NCBI GenBank assembly: GCA_041736175.1
Contig: JBGSUI010000168.1
Location: forward strand, 1-13,247
DNA: 13,247 bases
Source of the DNA: Oligoflexales bacterium
GTDB taxonomy: Bacteria; Bdellovibrionota_B; Oligoflexia; Oligoflexales; CAIYRB01
Direction of reading: 5' to 3'
Shown: positions 1-6,488 of the stretch, one piece after another
Position numbering within the stretch: position 1 is the stretch's first letter
How the letters are laid out: every line of letters starts with the position of its first letter
Notes under the pieces: model-generated
What the model saw: the letters and a program-made list of their open reading frames with translations, nothing else
The model's database searches: none
What the model was told of the DNA's origin: nothing
Position numbers and translations under genes: made by a program

Positions 1-186
1 AAAATTAGCTATATTTAAATGGAGTCTGAGATTCAGAGGTCTAGGAATTGAATAAAATGTGCCGAGATTATGCCGGAAGGAAAGCTACAATCTGCCCGGA
101 TGCTCGGGATAGGACTGCGCGCGAGCGCGCTTAGTTCATTATTTAATTTCTTTATAAATTTACATTGCTTGGGTCTTACACATAAA

Positions 187-203
187 TTGGCCCACTATTT
201 GCA
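187..203 (+). promoter_or_regulatory. sigma54 (RpoN) -24/-12 promoter upstream of the 412-aa lipoprotein gene
   Basis: TTGGCCCACTATTTGCA has exact GG-N10-GC spacing and fits TGGCAC-N5-TTGCW. An AT-rich tract (~136-165) lies just upstream and the ATG is ~115 nt downstream. Confidence 0.65.
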
Positions 204-317
204 CAATCCTAGCCTAACATCCACCCACCTATAGTTTTGGTGAAGGAATAACGAAATATTTTTTCAAAAAATTCTAAAGAACCGCATGTCTCAAAAAGAA
301 AGAAAGGAAAATAATCA

Positions 318-1556
318 ATGAGAAAACTTGTACTTTTATCTTTTATATTCAGTATTTCGTCCTGTGTGGGTAAGGCTCTCAAAGACCAAAGTAGTACAAC
401 TATGATTCCACAAAACGGAAAGGTTGGGATCTATTGGGTTACTGATAAAGAAGGCAATAGCATAAAATACATTCCGGTCTTAAATAATCGCGGCCCTTGT
501 TTTGAACGAACTGGGTTCGCTTATGGTTATAAAAAATACTTTATTCCAAAAGATAGACGCGAAATCGCAGCAGATCGCGCCCCTAAATTTTTAGATGTAT
601 CTAAAGAGAGTGTTGTATTTGTTCCAAGTCATCAACTGGGGAGCGAAAACCTTGGGGTTATTAATTCTGATAAGGAAATAGAAGTTAATCAAATGGGACC
701 TGATAAAAAAAGAACTGTACAAGGTCACATGAAGTTAGACCTCGATGTATTCGAAAGAGAATTGCCAACTGCGAATGATGGGTTATATTTTATTCCCGAA
801 ATACAGGAGACAAACCCAATTAAATTATTGACCGATAAAAAATATAGGTTCCATCATTTTTCATACGCTAAAATTGTGGATTTAAATGTCGACGCTGTTT
901 TATCGGAAAACAAGGCAATAGTAATAATGTCTTATCCACCGCAAAAACAACTGGAAAACTTAAGAGATGTCCCTATTGGACTGCCTGTTTTCTCTAAAAA
1001 ATCAAATAAGATAGTTGGATTTATTAAAGAGTTTAAGAAATTAGGTGATGGTAGTCATAAGCTCAGGATTATGAGCATCTTTTCTTTGGACGATTCCCTT
1101 GACACTATAAGAAAGGAGAGTCTTTCACCACCTTTAGTTATGGACCCCAAAGAAGTTGTAGAATCCTTTGGCGAAGGATTTAAGCGCGTTTACTGTAGCC
1201 GGGATGCAGTTAGATATATTATCGCGGAACGTCTAAACATGGAAAAAACTTTGGCAGGATGTGTTCAAGAACCGTCTACACAGCCAAAACCTAAATCTAA
1301 TCCTAAACCCCCTTGGGAGATGGGAAGCGGTAAAACCTGTAGCGTCCAAGAGGTGCTCGCCGCTATCGAAGCGGCAGTTCAGCAAGACGAGTCTAAGAGA
1401 AGTGAACTAAGGTGTATGGAAGGAGTTATTACTCAGGGTGAAGATATAAATATAACAGCTCCGCAATATATTTCTAAAATATGTCCATTAGAAGTCAAGC
1501 AAGCCATTGAAGAACGTATTAAATCCGATCAAAGCTGTCAAAAAGCTGCCAATTAA
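318..1556 (+). CDS. Lipoprotein, probable inactive trypsin-like (S1/Trypsin_2) fold plus a Pro/Lys linker and a small Cys-containing C-terminal domain
   Basis: 412-aa ORF with AAGGA SD. Signal MRKLVLLSFIFSISS-C16 (lipobox-like). Ordered motifs RTGF, VVFVPSH105QL, ND154GLYFI, VPI220GLPVFSKKSNKIVGFI. Linker STQPKPKSNPKPPW. Visibly more AT-rich than dnaK. Confidence 0.75.
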   Translation: MRKLVLLSFIFSISSCVGKALKDQSSTTMIPQNGKVGIYWVTDKEGNSIKYIPVLNNRGPCFERTGFAYGYKKYFIPKDRREIAADRAPKFLDVSKESVVFVPSHQLGSENLGVINSDKEIEVNQMGPDKKRTVQGHMKLDLDVFERELPTANDGLYFIPEIQETNPIKLLTDKKYRFHHFSYAKIVDLNVDAVLSENKAIVIMSYPPQKQLENLRDVPIGLPVFSKKSNKIVGFIKEFKKLGDGSHKLRIMSIFSLDDSLDTIRKESLSPPLVMDPKEVVESFGEGFKRVYCSRDAVRYIIAERLNMEKTLAGCVQEPSTQPKPKSNPKPPWEMGSGKTCSVQEVLAAIEAAVQQDESKRSELRCMEGVITQGEDINITAPQYISKICPLEVKQAIEERIKSDQSCQKAAN

Positions 1557-1584
1557 TTTCTACGAGGCCTAAAATTATAAGATC

Positions 1585-1684
1585 TGAGGGGAGTCAATTT
1601 CATTAGGGGCTCCAAATGGGCCGACCATTTTTATGGAAGGCGGGCGATGGACTTCGGAGCTAGCTCCCCAGTTTATTCCCCTCA
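1585..1684. repeat. 100-bp element with imperfect terminal inverted repeats and nested hairpins (MITE-like or structured RNA)
   Basis: TGAGGGGAGTCAATT (1585-1599) vs the reverse complement of 1670-1684, TGAGGGGAATAAACT (12/15). Internal AAATGG-gccga-CCATTT (1614-1630) and perfect palindrome GGAGCTAGCTCC (1656-1667). Confidence 0.35.
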
Positions 1685-1762
1685 TTTTCCTTCTCCCTCT
1701 CTAATCAATCCAACTAGCCATCGATGTTACCCAATGATTTTAAAAGATATTTATGATTTTTC

Positions 1763-1789
1763 TCAGGTTTTCCTAAAAGTCGCCGATCG
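1763..1789 (+). promoter_or_regulatory. sigma28 (FliA)-like promoter
   Basis: TCAGGTTT-N11-GCCGATCG vs consensus TAAAGTTT-N11-GCCGATAA, with exact spacing, ~50 nt before the AGGAGG SD and ATG at 1842. Confidence 0.55.
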
Positions 1790-1841
1790 TGGAATTTACG
1801 GTCACTGACCAGTTAATCTTTTTTTGATTTAGGAGGACACA

Positions 1842-3986
1842 ATGTTAATCAATCTCTTTAGGCTTAGAATCGCAAGTTTAAATCCGGTTTATGTATTAAC
1901 AACCAGCATTCTCTCTCTTGGACTTGCAAGCTGTGGTGATAAGGGCGGTGACAACAAACAACCCACCGAGGATCAAGGCGGACCTATGGGTATGCCACAG
2001 GGTGGTGGTGGCGGTAGCAATCCTCCCTCTGGCAATGGTCAGAGGGCTATCCAGGCTACCGTCGATCTTTCGGGAGCCTTTGGGCTGTTGGTCTTGGATC
2101 CCTCGGGTGGGGGAAGCAAACTGAATTTGGCAGGCAACACTGCCGAAGGTGAAAAGTCCCTTGCAAAGATCGACCAAGACGGAAAGATAAAAAGCGCCAT
2201 TAGCATTAACGACTCAGCGGTGCCCGCTGGACAGACCATGCAAGGCCCCCCTCTTAAACTGCCGCGGATTGCAACCATTGCTGTCTCACCCCATAAGGAT
2301 ATTTACCTGCATTTTGACCAGGCCTTTATCCACAAAGCTGTTCCCGCTGGCGTAGACCCCTTTAACGAGCTTGGTTATATGTGCCAAATATTTAAGGTCA
2401 ACGGAGGTACGGTCGACCAACTGAAATCTCTGGCTCCCACCGCACCTAATCTTGAGTGTATCGACGACCAACATTTTGTCGATAATTGGGTGGCAAGCCG
2501 TAAAAGCGTCTTTCAATTCGACCAGGACAGCAACGTCTACTACCCAGGATCACTCCGCAATGGCGGCGGCAAGATGGTCGTCTATCGACGTACCCGAGAT
2601 GGCTCATCGACCACAGAAGTCATCAACGCCAATATTTGTGTACAAGATTTCTTGGTCACCAAAAACGGTGGCGTCTTTTATACGGGAGCCAGCTCATGCT
2701 CTGGTGGCGACGGAAGTTCTGGGTTTTTTAGATACGTACGCCCTGCCGGAGCTGGAATCTTAGAAATCGCTAGGGGCTGGTGGAACTTCGTGTTTGAACC
2801 CGTCCTTGGTATCGCCGGTGACGAAGCGGTGTTTTTTGGTCCTGATCCTCGTGAATCCACCACAGCTTCCTGGAACTCCGCCAGTCTCTTTAGGTTTGAC
2901 CCTACAGGAGCAGAGGCCGCCGATCGCATCGATGAGGTGGTGGACCGTGGCGATGAGATTTGGGACTGGATCAATATGAAGCGTGACCTAGATAAGACCA
3001 CTTTTGGACGAGGCTACACTGATGGCGTCGCCAATCCTACCAATGCTTGGAAAACAGAATTTGCCCGAAGGTGTTCCTCTGCAGGTCAGGTGTTTGTGGG
3101 TGGCGGGAGCCAAATCAGTGCCATTAAACAGGATAGCACCGGAAATGTTTATGTGATTGGTAACCTCCGCAAAAAGAAGAAAGGCGTGATTGAATGCAAC
3201 ATCCAAGTGAAAGGTGCCCATTGTGTCAGAGACGGAGTGCCGGTTCTTGGCAATGCAGCCTATGATACCCAAACCGAATGCGTTGCTGGTGGTGGTCTAT
3301 GGGAAAATGCGGATGGTTCCTGTGAAAATTTATCTAGTTCCAGTTGGGTACCGGCTGCAGCAGCAACGCCCGATGCCTGCGTAACCTCTTCAAGTTTCCG
3401 ATTTGCCCATAAGGTTTCCACCTACAACAATGTCCGCAGCGATCTATGCTCGGACACCACATCTACCTATCGTGATAGTAACCTCTGGGACTGGAACAGC
3501 CGTGTCCTGACAACCTACTCCAACGGGGCCTTGGTGTCTGAAACCCCTAAGTTCAATACAGACTGGAACCAATGCCAACCTGAACTTGCTAGCAAGAGCG
3601 GTGGCGATCAATGGACGGATGAGTACCGCGCCTTAGCCAAAGTTGATTCCACAACCAATTCCTTATCCATGCTTTCCAGCAGCGATGAGCAAGCGGTTAA
3701 GCTTTGGATGATCGATGACCAACCCTATTATTCCAGCGCTGCCTCTGGGGTCTACTCCCTTAAATCGGTCAACCCAACGACTGGAGCTGTGACTAAATTA
3801 GTCGATCAGTTTGAGACCTACAATCTTTCTGATGGTCGGGACGATGACACCCTGTTTTATGACGGTCTAGATTTTAAATCAAATACCTATAATTTCGGCG
3901 CCCTTTCATTGTCCAATCCAAGTGAGCGAACCTCACAAGCTGGCCTGACGGGGACTGTTAAGACCATTTTGATTCTCCCCCAATAA
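1842..3986 (+). CDS. Large Cys-rich lipoprotein, likely beta-propeller-like surface protein of unknown function
   Basis: 714-aa ORF with AGGAGG SD. Lipobox LGLAS-C30, then a G/P/Q-rich tether. Repeated blade-like strands (IAVSPHKDIY, FQFDQDSNVYY, FLVTKNGGVFY, IKQDSTGNVYV). 12 further Cys. Confidence 0.85.
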   Translation: MLINLFRLRIASLNPVYVLTTSILSLGLASCGDKGGDNKQPTEDQGGPMGMPQGGGGGSNPPSGNGQRAIQATVDLSGAFGLLVLDPSGGGSKLNLAGNTAEGEKSLAKIDQDGKIKSAISINDSAVPAGQTMQGPPLKLPRIATIAVSPHKDIYLHFDQAFIHKAVPAGVDPFNELGYMCQIFKVNGGTVDQLKSLAPTAPNLECIDDQHFVDNWVASRKSVFQFDQDSNVYYPGSLRNGGGKMVVYRRTRDGSSTTEVINANICVQDFLVTKNGGVFYTGASSCSGGDGSSGFFRYVRPAGAGILEIARGWWNFVFEPVLGIAGDEAVFFGPDPRESTTASWNSASLFRFDPTGAEAADRIDEVVDRGDEIWDWINMKRDLDKTTFGRGYTDGVANPTNAWKTEFARRCSSAGQVFVGGGSQISAIKQDSTGNVYVIGNLRKKKKGVIECNIQVKGAHCVRDGVPVLGNAAYDTQTECVAGGGLWENADGSCENLSSSSWVPAAAATPDACVTSSSFRFAHKVSTYNNVRSDLCSDTTSTYRDSNLWDWNSRVLTTYSNGALVSETPKFNTDWNQCQPELASKSGGDQWTDEYRALAKVDSTTNSLSMLSSSDEQAVKLWMIDDQPYYSSAASGVYSLKSVNPTTGAVTKLVDQFETYNLSDGRDDDTLFYDGLDFKSNTYNFGALSLSNPSERTSQAGLTGTVKTILILPQ

Positions 3987-4052
3987 AAGCCATGATCTAA
4001 GTAAAAGAGGTTTACACCTTAAAACAGTGTAAACTTCTTTTTACGATCAAAG
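3975..4052 (+). repeat. Left copy of a 78-bp imperfect direct repeat (att-like)
   Basis: Ungapped alignment to 6401-6478, 70/78 identical by hand count. Starts with CTC CCC CAA TAA, the final L-P-Q-stop of the 714-aa gene. Confidence 0.9.
4003..4043. terminator. Intrinsic (bidirectional-type) terminator after the 714-aa gene
   Basis: AAAAGAGGTTTACAC / 9-nt loop / GTGTAAACTTCTTTT, a 15-bp stem with one G-U and A/T tracts at both ends. Confidence 0.8.
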
Positions 4053-4189
4053 TCTCTAAGTTAAAGTTACACTCCCAAATTATGCGATACAAGTGCTCTC
4101 AGGTAAATTTCGTGTTAGCGAGTTAAGAGAAATCAAGTAATTGGTAGAACAAAACAAATATGAAATTGGTCAAATGTGGCGAGGTTATC

Positions 4190-4669
4190 ATGGAAATTAA
4201 AAAGACAGATAAAGGTTGGGAGTATAATGGTATTGTTTTTTCAGACGAAAAATCTGCGATTGAGACGAAGGCGTTAGAAGAAAGTTCTAGTAGTGATGCA
4301 GAAAGCATATTTGTTGGATCCGAAGGCGCCAAATTAGTAGTCGAGTATGAAGAAGAAGAACAGGAAACATTTGGAAAATTTATTGGGTCTATTTTAAAAA
4401 ATCAAAGAATGAACCTAAGGCAACTTGCCCTGGAATTAGCGGTATCCGAACAAACTATATATGCCTGGATGCGAGGGATGTCCATCCCAACCTCTAAGAA
4501 CTTAGGTAAATTAATGGAAATAGCTAAGTGTGATACGGTTAGTATCATTACTGCTTTAAATTTTAATTTCGAGAATTCTAAAAAAAAATTGGCCTCTGAA
4601 CTCGAAAATTTATCAAAAAAAAGTTCCAGACGCAGCCTAAAAAGCAAATCAACTACTAAAAATTATTAA
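4190..4669 (+). CDS. XRE-family helix-turn-helix transcriptional regulator with an acidic N-terminal extension
   Basis: HTH_3-like segment FGKFIGSILKNQRMNLRQLALELAVSEQTIYAWMRGMSIPTSKNLGKLMEI. Start placed at ATG 4190 because of the GAGGT SD (ORF track start is 4160). Confidence 0.8.
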   Translation: MEIKKTDKGWEYNGIVFSDEKSAIETKALEESSSSDAESIFVGSEGAKLVVEYEEEEQETFGKFIGSILKNQRMNLRQLALELAVSEQTIYAWMRGMSIPTSKNLGKLMEIAKCDTVSIITALNFNFENSKKKLASELENLSKKSSRRSLKSKSTTKNY

Positions 4670-4927
4670 TAAAAAACCACCACGCTCCTTCAAAGTCCGC
4701 AGCACAATGGCTCTACACCTCAATTGAAGTTAAAAATGTTGACTGGTTAAATTGATGCTCTGCTCAATTTACAGTCCACTTTTTATCTTCAAACTGTCTT
4801 TTAAAACCTACTAGCTGAAATACCCTATCGATTTTTTCTGGACCGGTGTGGTATCAGCCCCCTCTCGGTGTCCTGCCATGGGAATTTGGTAGGTAAATTA
4901 TGCCGAGTTCTAGAAGGCTGTCACCTG

Positions 4928-4953
4928 TATAACACTATAATTATACTGTTATA
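4928..4953. promoter_or_regulatory. Near-perfect 26-bp palindrome, candidate operator
   Basis: TATAACA-C-TATAATTATA-C-TGTTATA, with a single C/C mismatch pair. Confidence 0.45.
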
Positions 4954-4986
4954 AATCAGTTTTTGTCCCTTTCTCCAAAAACCACC

Positions 4987-5013
4987 TCAAGAAAAACCCC
5001 TAAAATCCGATGG
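4987..5013 (+). promoter_or_regulatory. Second sigma28-like promoter candidate
   Basis: TCAAGAAA-N11-TCCGATGG has the same architecture as 1763-1789 and is followed by a TAAGGA SD and ATG 5051. Confidence 0.35.
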
Positions 5014-5050
5014 TGTTTTTAGTTAATAGGAACAAGTAAGGACTCAACCT

Positions 5051-5224
5051 ATGAAGTTCAGTTTAATCCATAGACTTATAGCAACCCTGGGACAAGCAAC
5101 GTACCTTAGGTATCAAAATCGATGCCTCACTCGGTCCTTGGGGATTATTGTCAATGGCTGGGTGGAGACCAACTGCACCGGGCAGACTCAAGGAGCGTTG
5201 GCCTGGTCCCAAAATTGGAAATAA
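5051..5224 (+). pseudogene. Small 57-aa ORF, possibly the 5' remnant of a truncated gene
   Basis: MKFSLIHRLIATLGQATYLRYQNRCLTRSLGIIVNGWVETNCTGQTQGALAWSQNWK*. Good SD and promoter candidate, no recognisable domain, below the ORF-track cutoff. Confidence 0.3.
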
Positions 5225-5228
5225 GCAT
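5151..5228 (-). pseudogene. Possible 5' stub of a PIN-domain toxin gene
   Basis: The ATG overlaps the stop of the HTH gene (TGATG coupling). It reads MLISNF, resembling the start of PIN proteins that follow excisionase-type HTH genes, then diverges and stops after 25 aa. Confidence 0.4.
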
Positions 5229-5731
5229 CAGTATTGTTCACCAAGATCATTTGCTGCCTCCTGGGAAAGTTCAGTCAACTCGTCTGCAATTTTATTCCTG
5301 CGAGCAAGATCACTTGTCCTAAACGCTACAAGATCACTGAACAGCACCCGTCTTCGTGTACCCACCTTCTTAAATGGGATTTTATTGTTCTCAAGAAGAT
5401 TGACAAAGTAGGGACGTGACACATTGAGAAAATCAGCTCCCTGCTGGGTTGTCAGCTCGGCATTCGATGGGATAATGCTTACAGGTTTGCCCAGCGCCAT
5501 CTGCTGCATGATCTCAATCAACATCTGCATCGCCGCGACGGGAATTATTAACATCACAGGCTTTTCTTCGATGACAAACTGCCCCAGCAATGGAGCAGTG
5601 GCTGGTTTGTCGATATTGCGGGAAACCTCCAAGAGCAGTTCCTGCTCGCGGCGGATCAACGCGGAATCTTCCTGCGAGGGAAGCAGTGTCGTCCGATCGC
5701 GGATTGCTATGAACTCTGATTTTACGAGCAT
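5228..5731 (-). CDS. Excisionase-family (HTH_17) DNA-binding protein, antitoxin-type
   Basis: ELTTQQGADFLNVSRPYFVNLLENNKIPFKKVGTRRRVLFSDLVAF is a typical HTH_17. It is preceded by MALGKPVSIIP and ends ELTELSQE...LGEQY. Start placed at ATG 5731 after a GGGGG SD (ORF track start is GTG 5755). Confidence 0.88.
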   Translation of the reverse strand: MLVKSEFIAIRDRTTLLPSQEDSALIRREQELLLEVSRNIDKPATAPLLGQFVIEEKPVMLIIPVAAMQMLIEIMQQMALGKPVSIIPSNAELTTQQGADFLNVSRPYFVNLLENNKIPFKKVGTRRRVLFSDLVAFRTSDLARRNKIADELTELSQEAANDLGEQY

Positions 5732-5764
5732 CTCTAGATCCCCCCATTCAGGCACTTGCCTTAT

Positions 5765-5802
5765 ATCGTAACACGGTTTCGTTCAATTCGAAACAATCGA
5801 AA
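5765..5802 (-). promoter_or_regulatory. Promoter/operator of the HTH_17 gene
   Basis: Inverted repeat GTTTCG-N7-CGAAAC (5776-5794) plus tandem TCGAAA-caa-TCGAAA. Extended -10-like TGtTACGAT on the minus strand. Confidence 0.45.
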
Positions 5803-5974
5803 GCTCTATCGGCAGATCCGGCCCGAACCTTGAGCGAGAGGAATGTTTTCATCATTTATCATAAGTGCCGAAAAACCCCGTCGTTCACGGCGGGGATATA
5901 AGGCACTGGCCCGAGCTGACGGACAGCGTCAGCGAGTTCAGGCTGGTTTTTTTGCGGCTTAAAAGGATAAAAGT

Positions 5975-6003
5975 TTGACATTCCCCACCGCCAGACATAT
6001 GTT
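5975..6003 (+). promoter_or_regulatory. sigma70 promoter inside the IS left end
   Basis: TTGACA (5975-5980)-N17-TATGTT (5998-6003). Confidence 0.65.
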
Positions 6004-6045
6004 TGGTTTACCCGAAAGGGAGCAGGACCGGCGTCAGTCACGACA

Positions 6046-6305
6046 ATGGCCATAGTGTATCTATAACGCATGTCTCTTACATAGCCATTAGAGCTGGGGG
6101 ATTAGCGATGGAAATAAATGAAAGGGACTCGTCTCGGACGCGTGCGGTGTGCCTTGCGGTACATCAGCGGATTGAGCAACGAGTAAGAGAGTGGCGATGC
6201 TGTGTTTGTTTTTCGTTAAGTGATACGGATGATGCCATCAACATTCTCCGCCTCGGACGTGAGGCGCTAACCCACCCTGGCGACCGTAAGGTTGCCGGGG
6301 CCTAG
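6046..6305 (+). pseudogene. tnpB: Internally deleted tnpB remnant
   Basis: C-terminal frame SYIAIRAGGLAMEINERDSSRTRAVC...RVREWRCCVC..DTDDAINILRLGRE is a decayed version of the TnpB YKA..EV.E..TS.TCxxC..REW.CxxC..HDRDxNAAxNIL end. ATG 6046 reads MAIVYL*R, possibly a decayed N-terminus. Most of the gene is missing. Confidence 0.8.
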
Positions 6306-6360
6306 GGAATCCCCGTCGTTTACGGCGGGGAGGACGTCAAACCTTCTAAGATATTGTTAT
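6200..6360 (+). ncRNA. Putative omegaRNA (TnpB guide RNA) scaffold plus flank-derived guide; 5' boundary approximate
   Basis: The position over the tnpB 3' end and right end is where omegaRNA is encoded. Hairpin CCCTGGCGACC-GTAA-GGTTGCCGGGG (6275-6300) and the right-end hairpin are intact. The guide would begin ACCTTCTAAGATATTG at 6341. Confidence 0.5.
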
Positions 6361-6400
6361 TACTGAAGCACGAGGTGTTGGAGAGAGCATTTTCGCGTAC

Positions 6401-6478
6401 CTCCCCCAATAAATTCCACGATCTAAGTAAAAGAGGTTTACACTTTATAACAGTGTAAACCTCTTTTTACATTCAAAG
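6401..6478 (+). repeat. Right copy of the 78-bp imperfect direct repeat (att-like)
   Basis: CTCCCCCAATAAATTCCACGATCTAAGTAAAAGAGGTTTACACTTTATAACAGTGTAAACCTCTTTTTACATTCAAAG matches 3975-4052. Confidence 0.9.
6429..6468. terminator. Intrinsic bidirectional terminator downstream of dnaK
   Basis: Perfect 16-bp stem AAAAGAGGTTTACACT / TTATAAC / AGTGTAAACCTCTTTT, ~20 nt after the dnaK stop. Confidence 0.85.
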
Positions 6479-6488
6479 CCCGTAAAGA

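Larger units (their letters stand above)
5860..6340 (+). mobile_element. Non-autonomous miniature IS200/IS605-family element (481 bp)
   Basis: Target (T)TTAT at 5855-5859. Left hairpin CCCCGTCG-ttca-CGGCGGGG (5876-5895) preceded by AAAA. Right hairpin CCCCGTCG-ttta-CGGCGGGG (6311-6330) preceded by GAAT and ending ...GACGTCAA at 6340, as in IS608-type right ends. No tnpA, no target duplication. Confidence 0.9.
3975..6478. mobile_element. Degenerate genomic islet (~2.4 kb) between direct repeats, no integrase visible
   Basis: Bounded by the 78-bp direct repeat. Contains an AT-rich XRE gene, a TA remnant and an IS605 derivative. Removing one repeat plus the insert leaves the lipoprotein gene and dnaK convergent on a single terminator. 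Confidence 0.7.

Noticed and set aside
57..135. GC-rich palindromes (CCCGgatgctCGGG, GCGCGCgaGCGCGC) and short ORFs at the window start
   Set aside because: Too short, with no U-tract or coding signal. They could be enhancer sites for the sigma54 promoter, but the sequence alone cannot support that.
1896..3272. Short overlapping ORFs within the 714-aa gene, and similar ones inside the lpxC, Zn-ribbon and ATPase genes
   Set aside because: Shadow frames of well-supported genes, with no motifs or ribosome-binding sites.
4925..4958. LexA box or dif site at the AT-rich palindrome
   Set aside because: No CTGT-N8-ACAG spacing and no XerD arm (TTATGTTAAAT).
6003..6305. 100-aa ORF as a functional protein (and the antisense ORF 5859-6071)
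   Set aside because: It is a decayed tnpB tail read through IS leader DNA. Zn-finger Cys and the DRDxNAA motif are damaged and the earlier RuvC motifs are absent.
3975..6478. Paired hairpin repeats as a CRISPR array
   Set aside because: Only two copies each, 2.4 kb or 435 bp apart, with no spacer periodicity and no cas genes.
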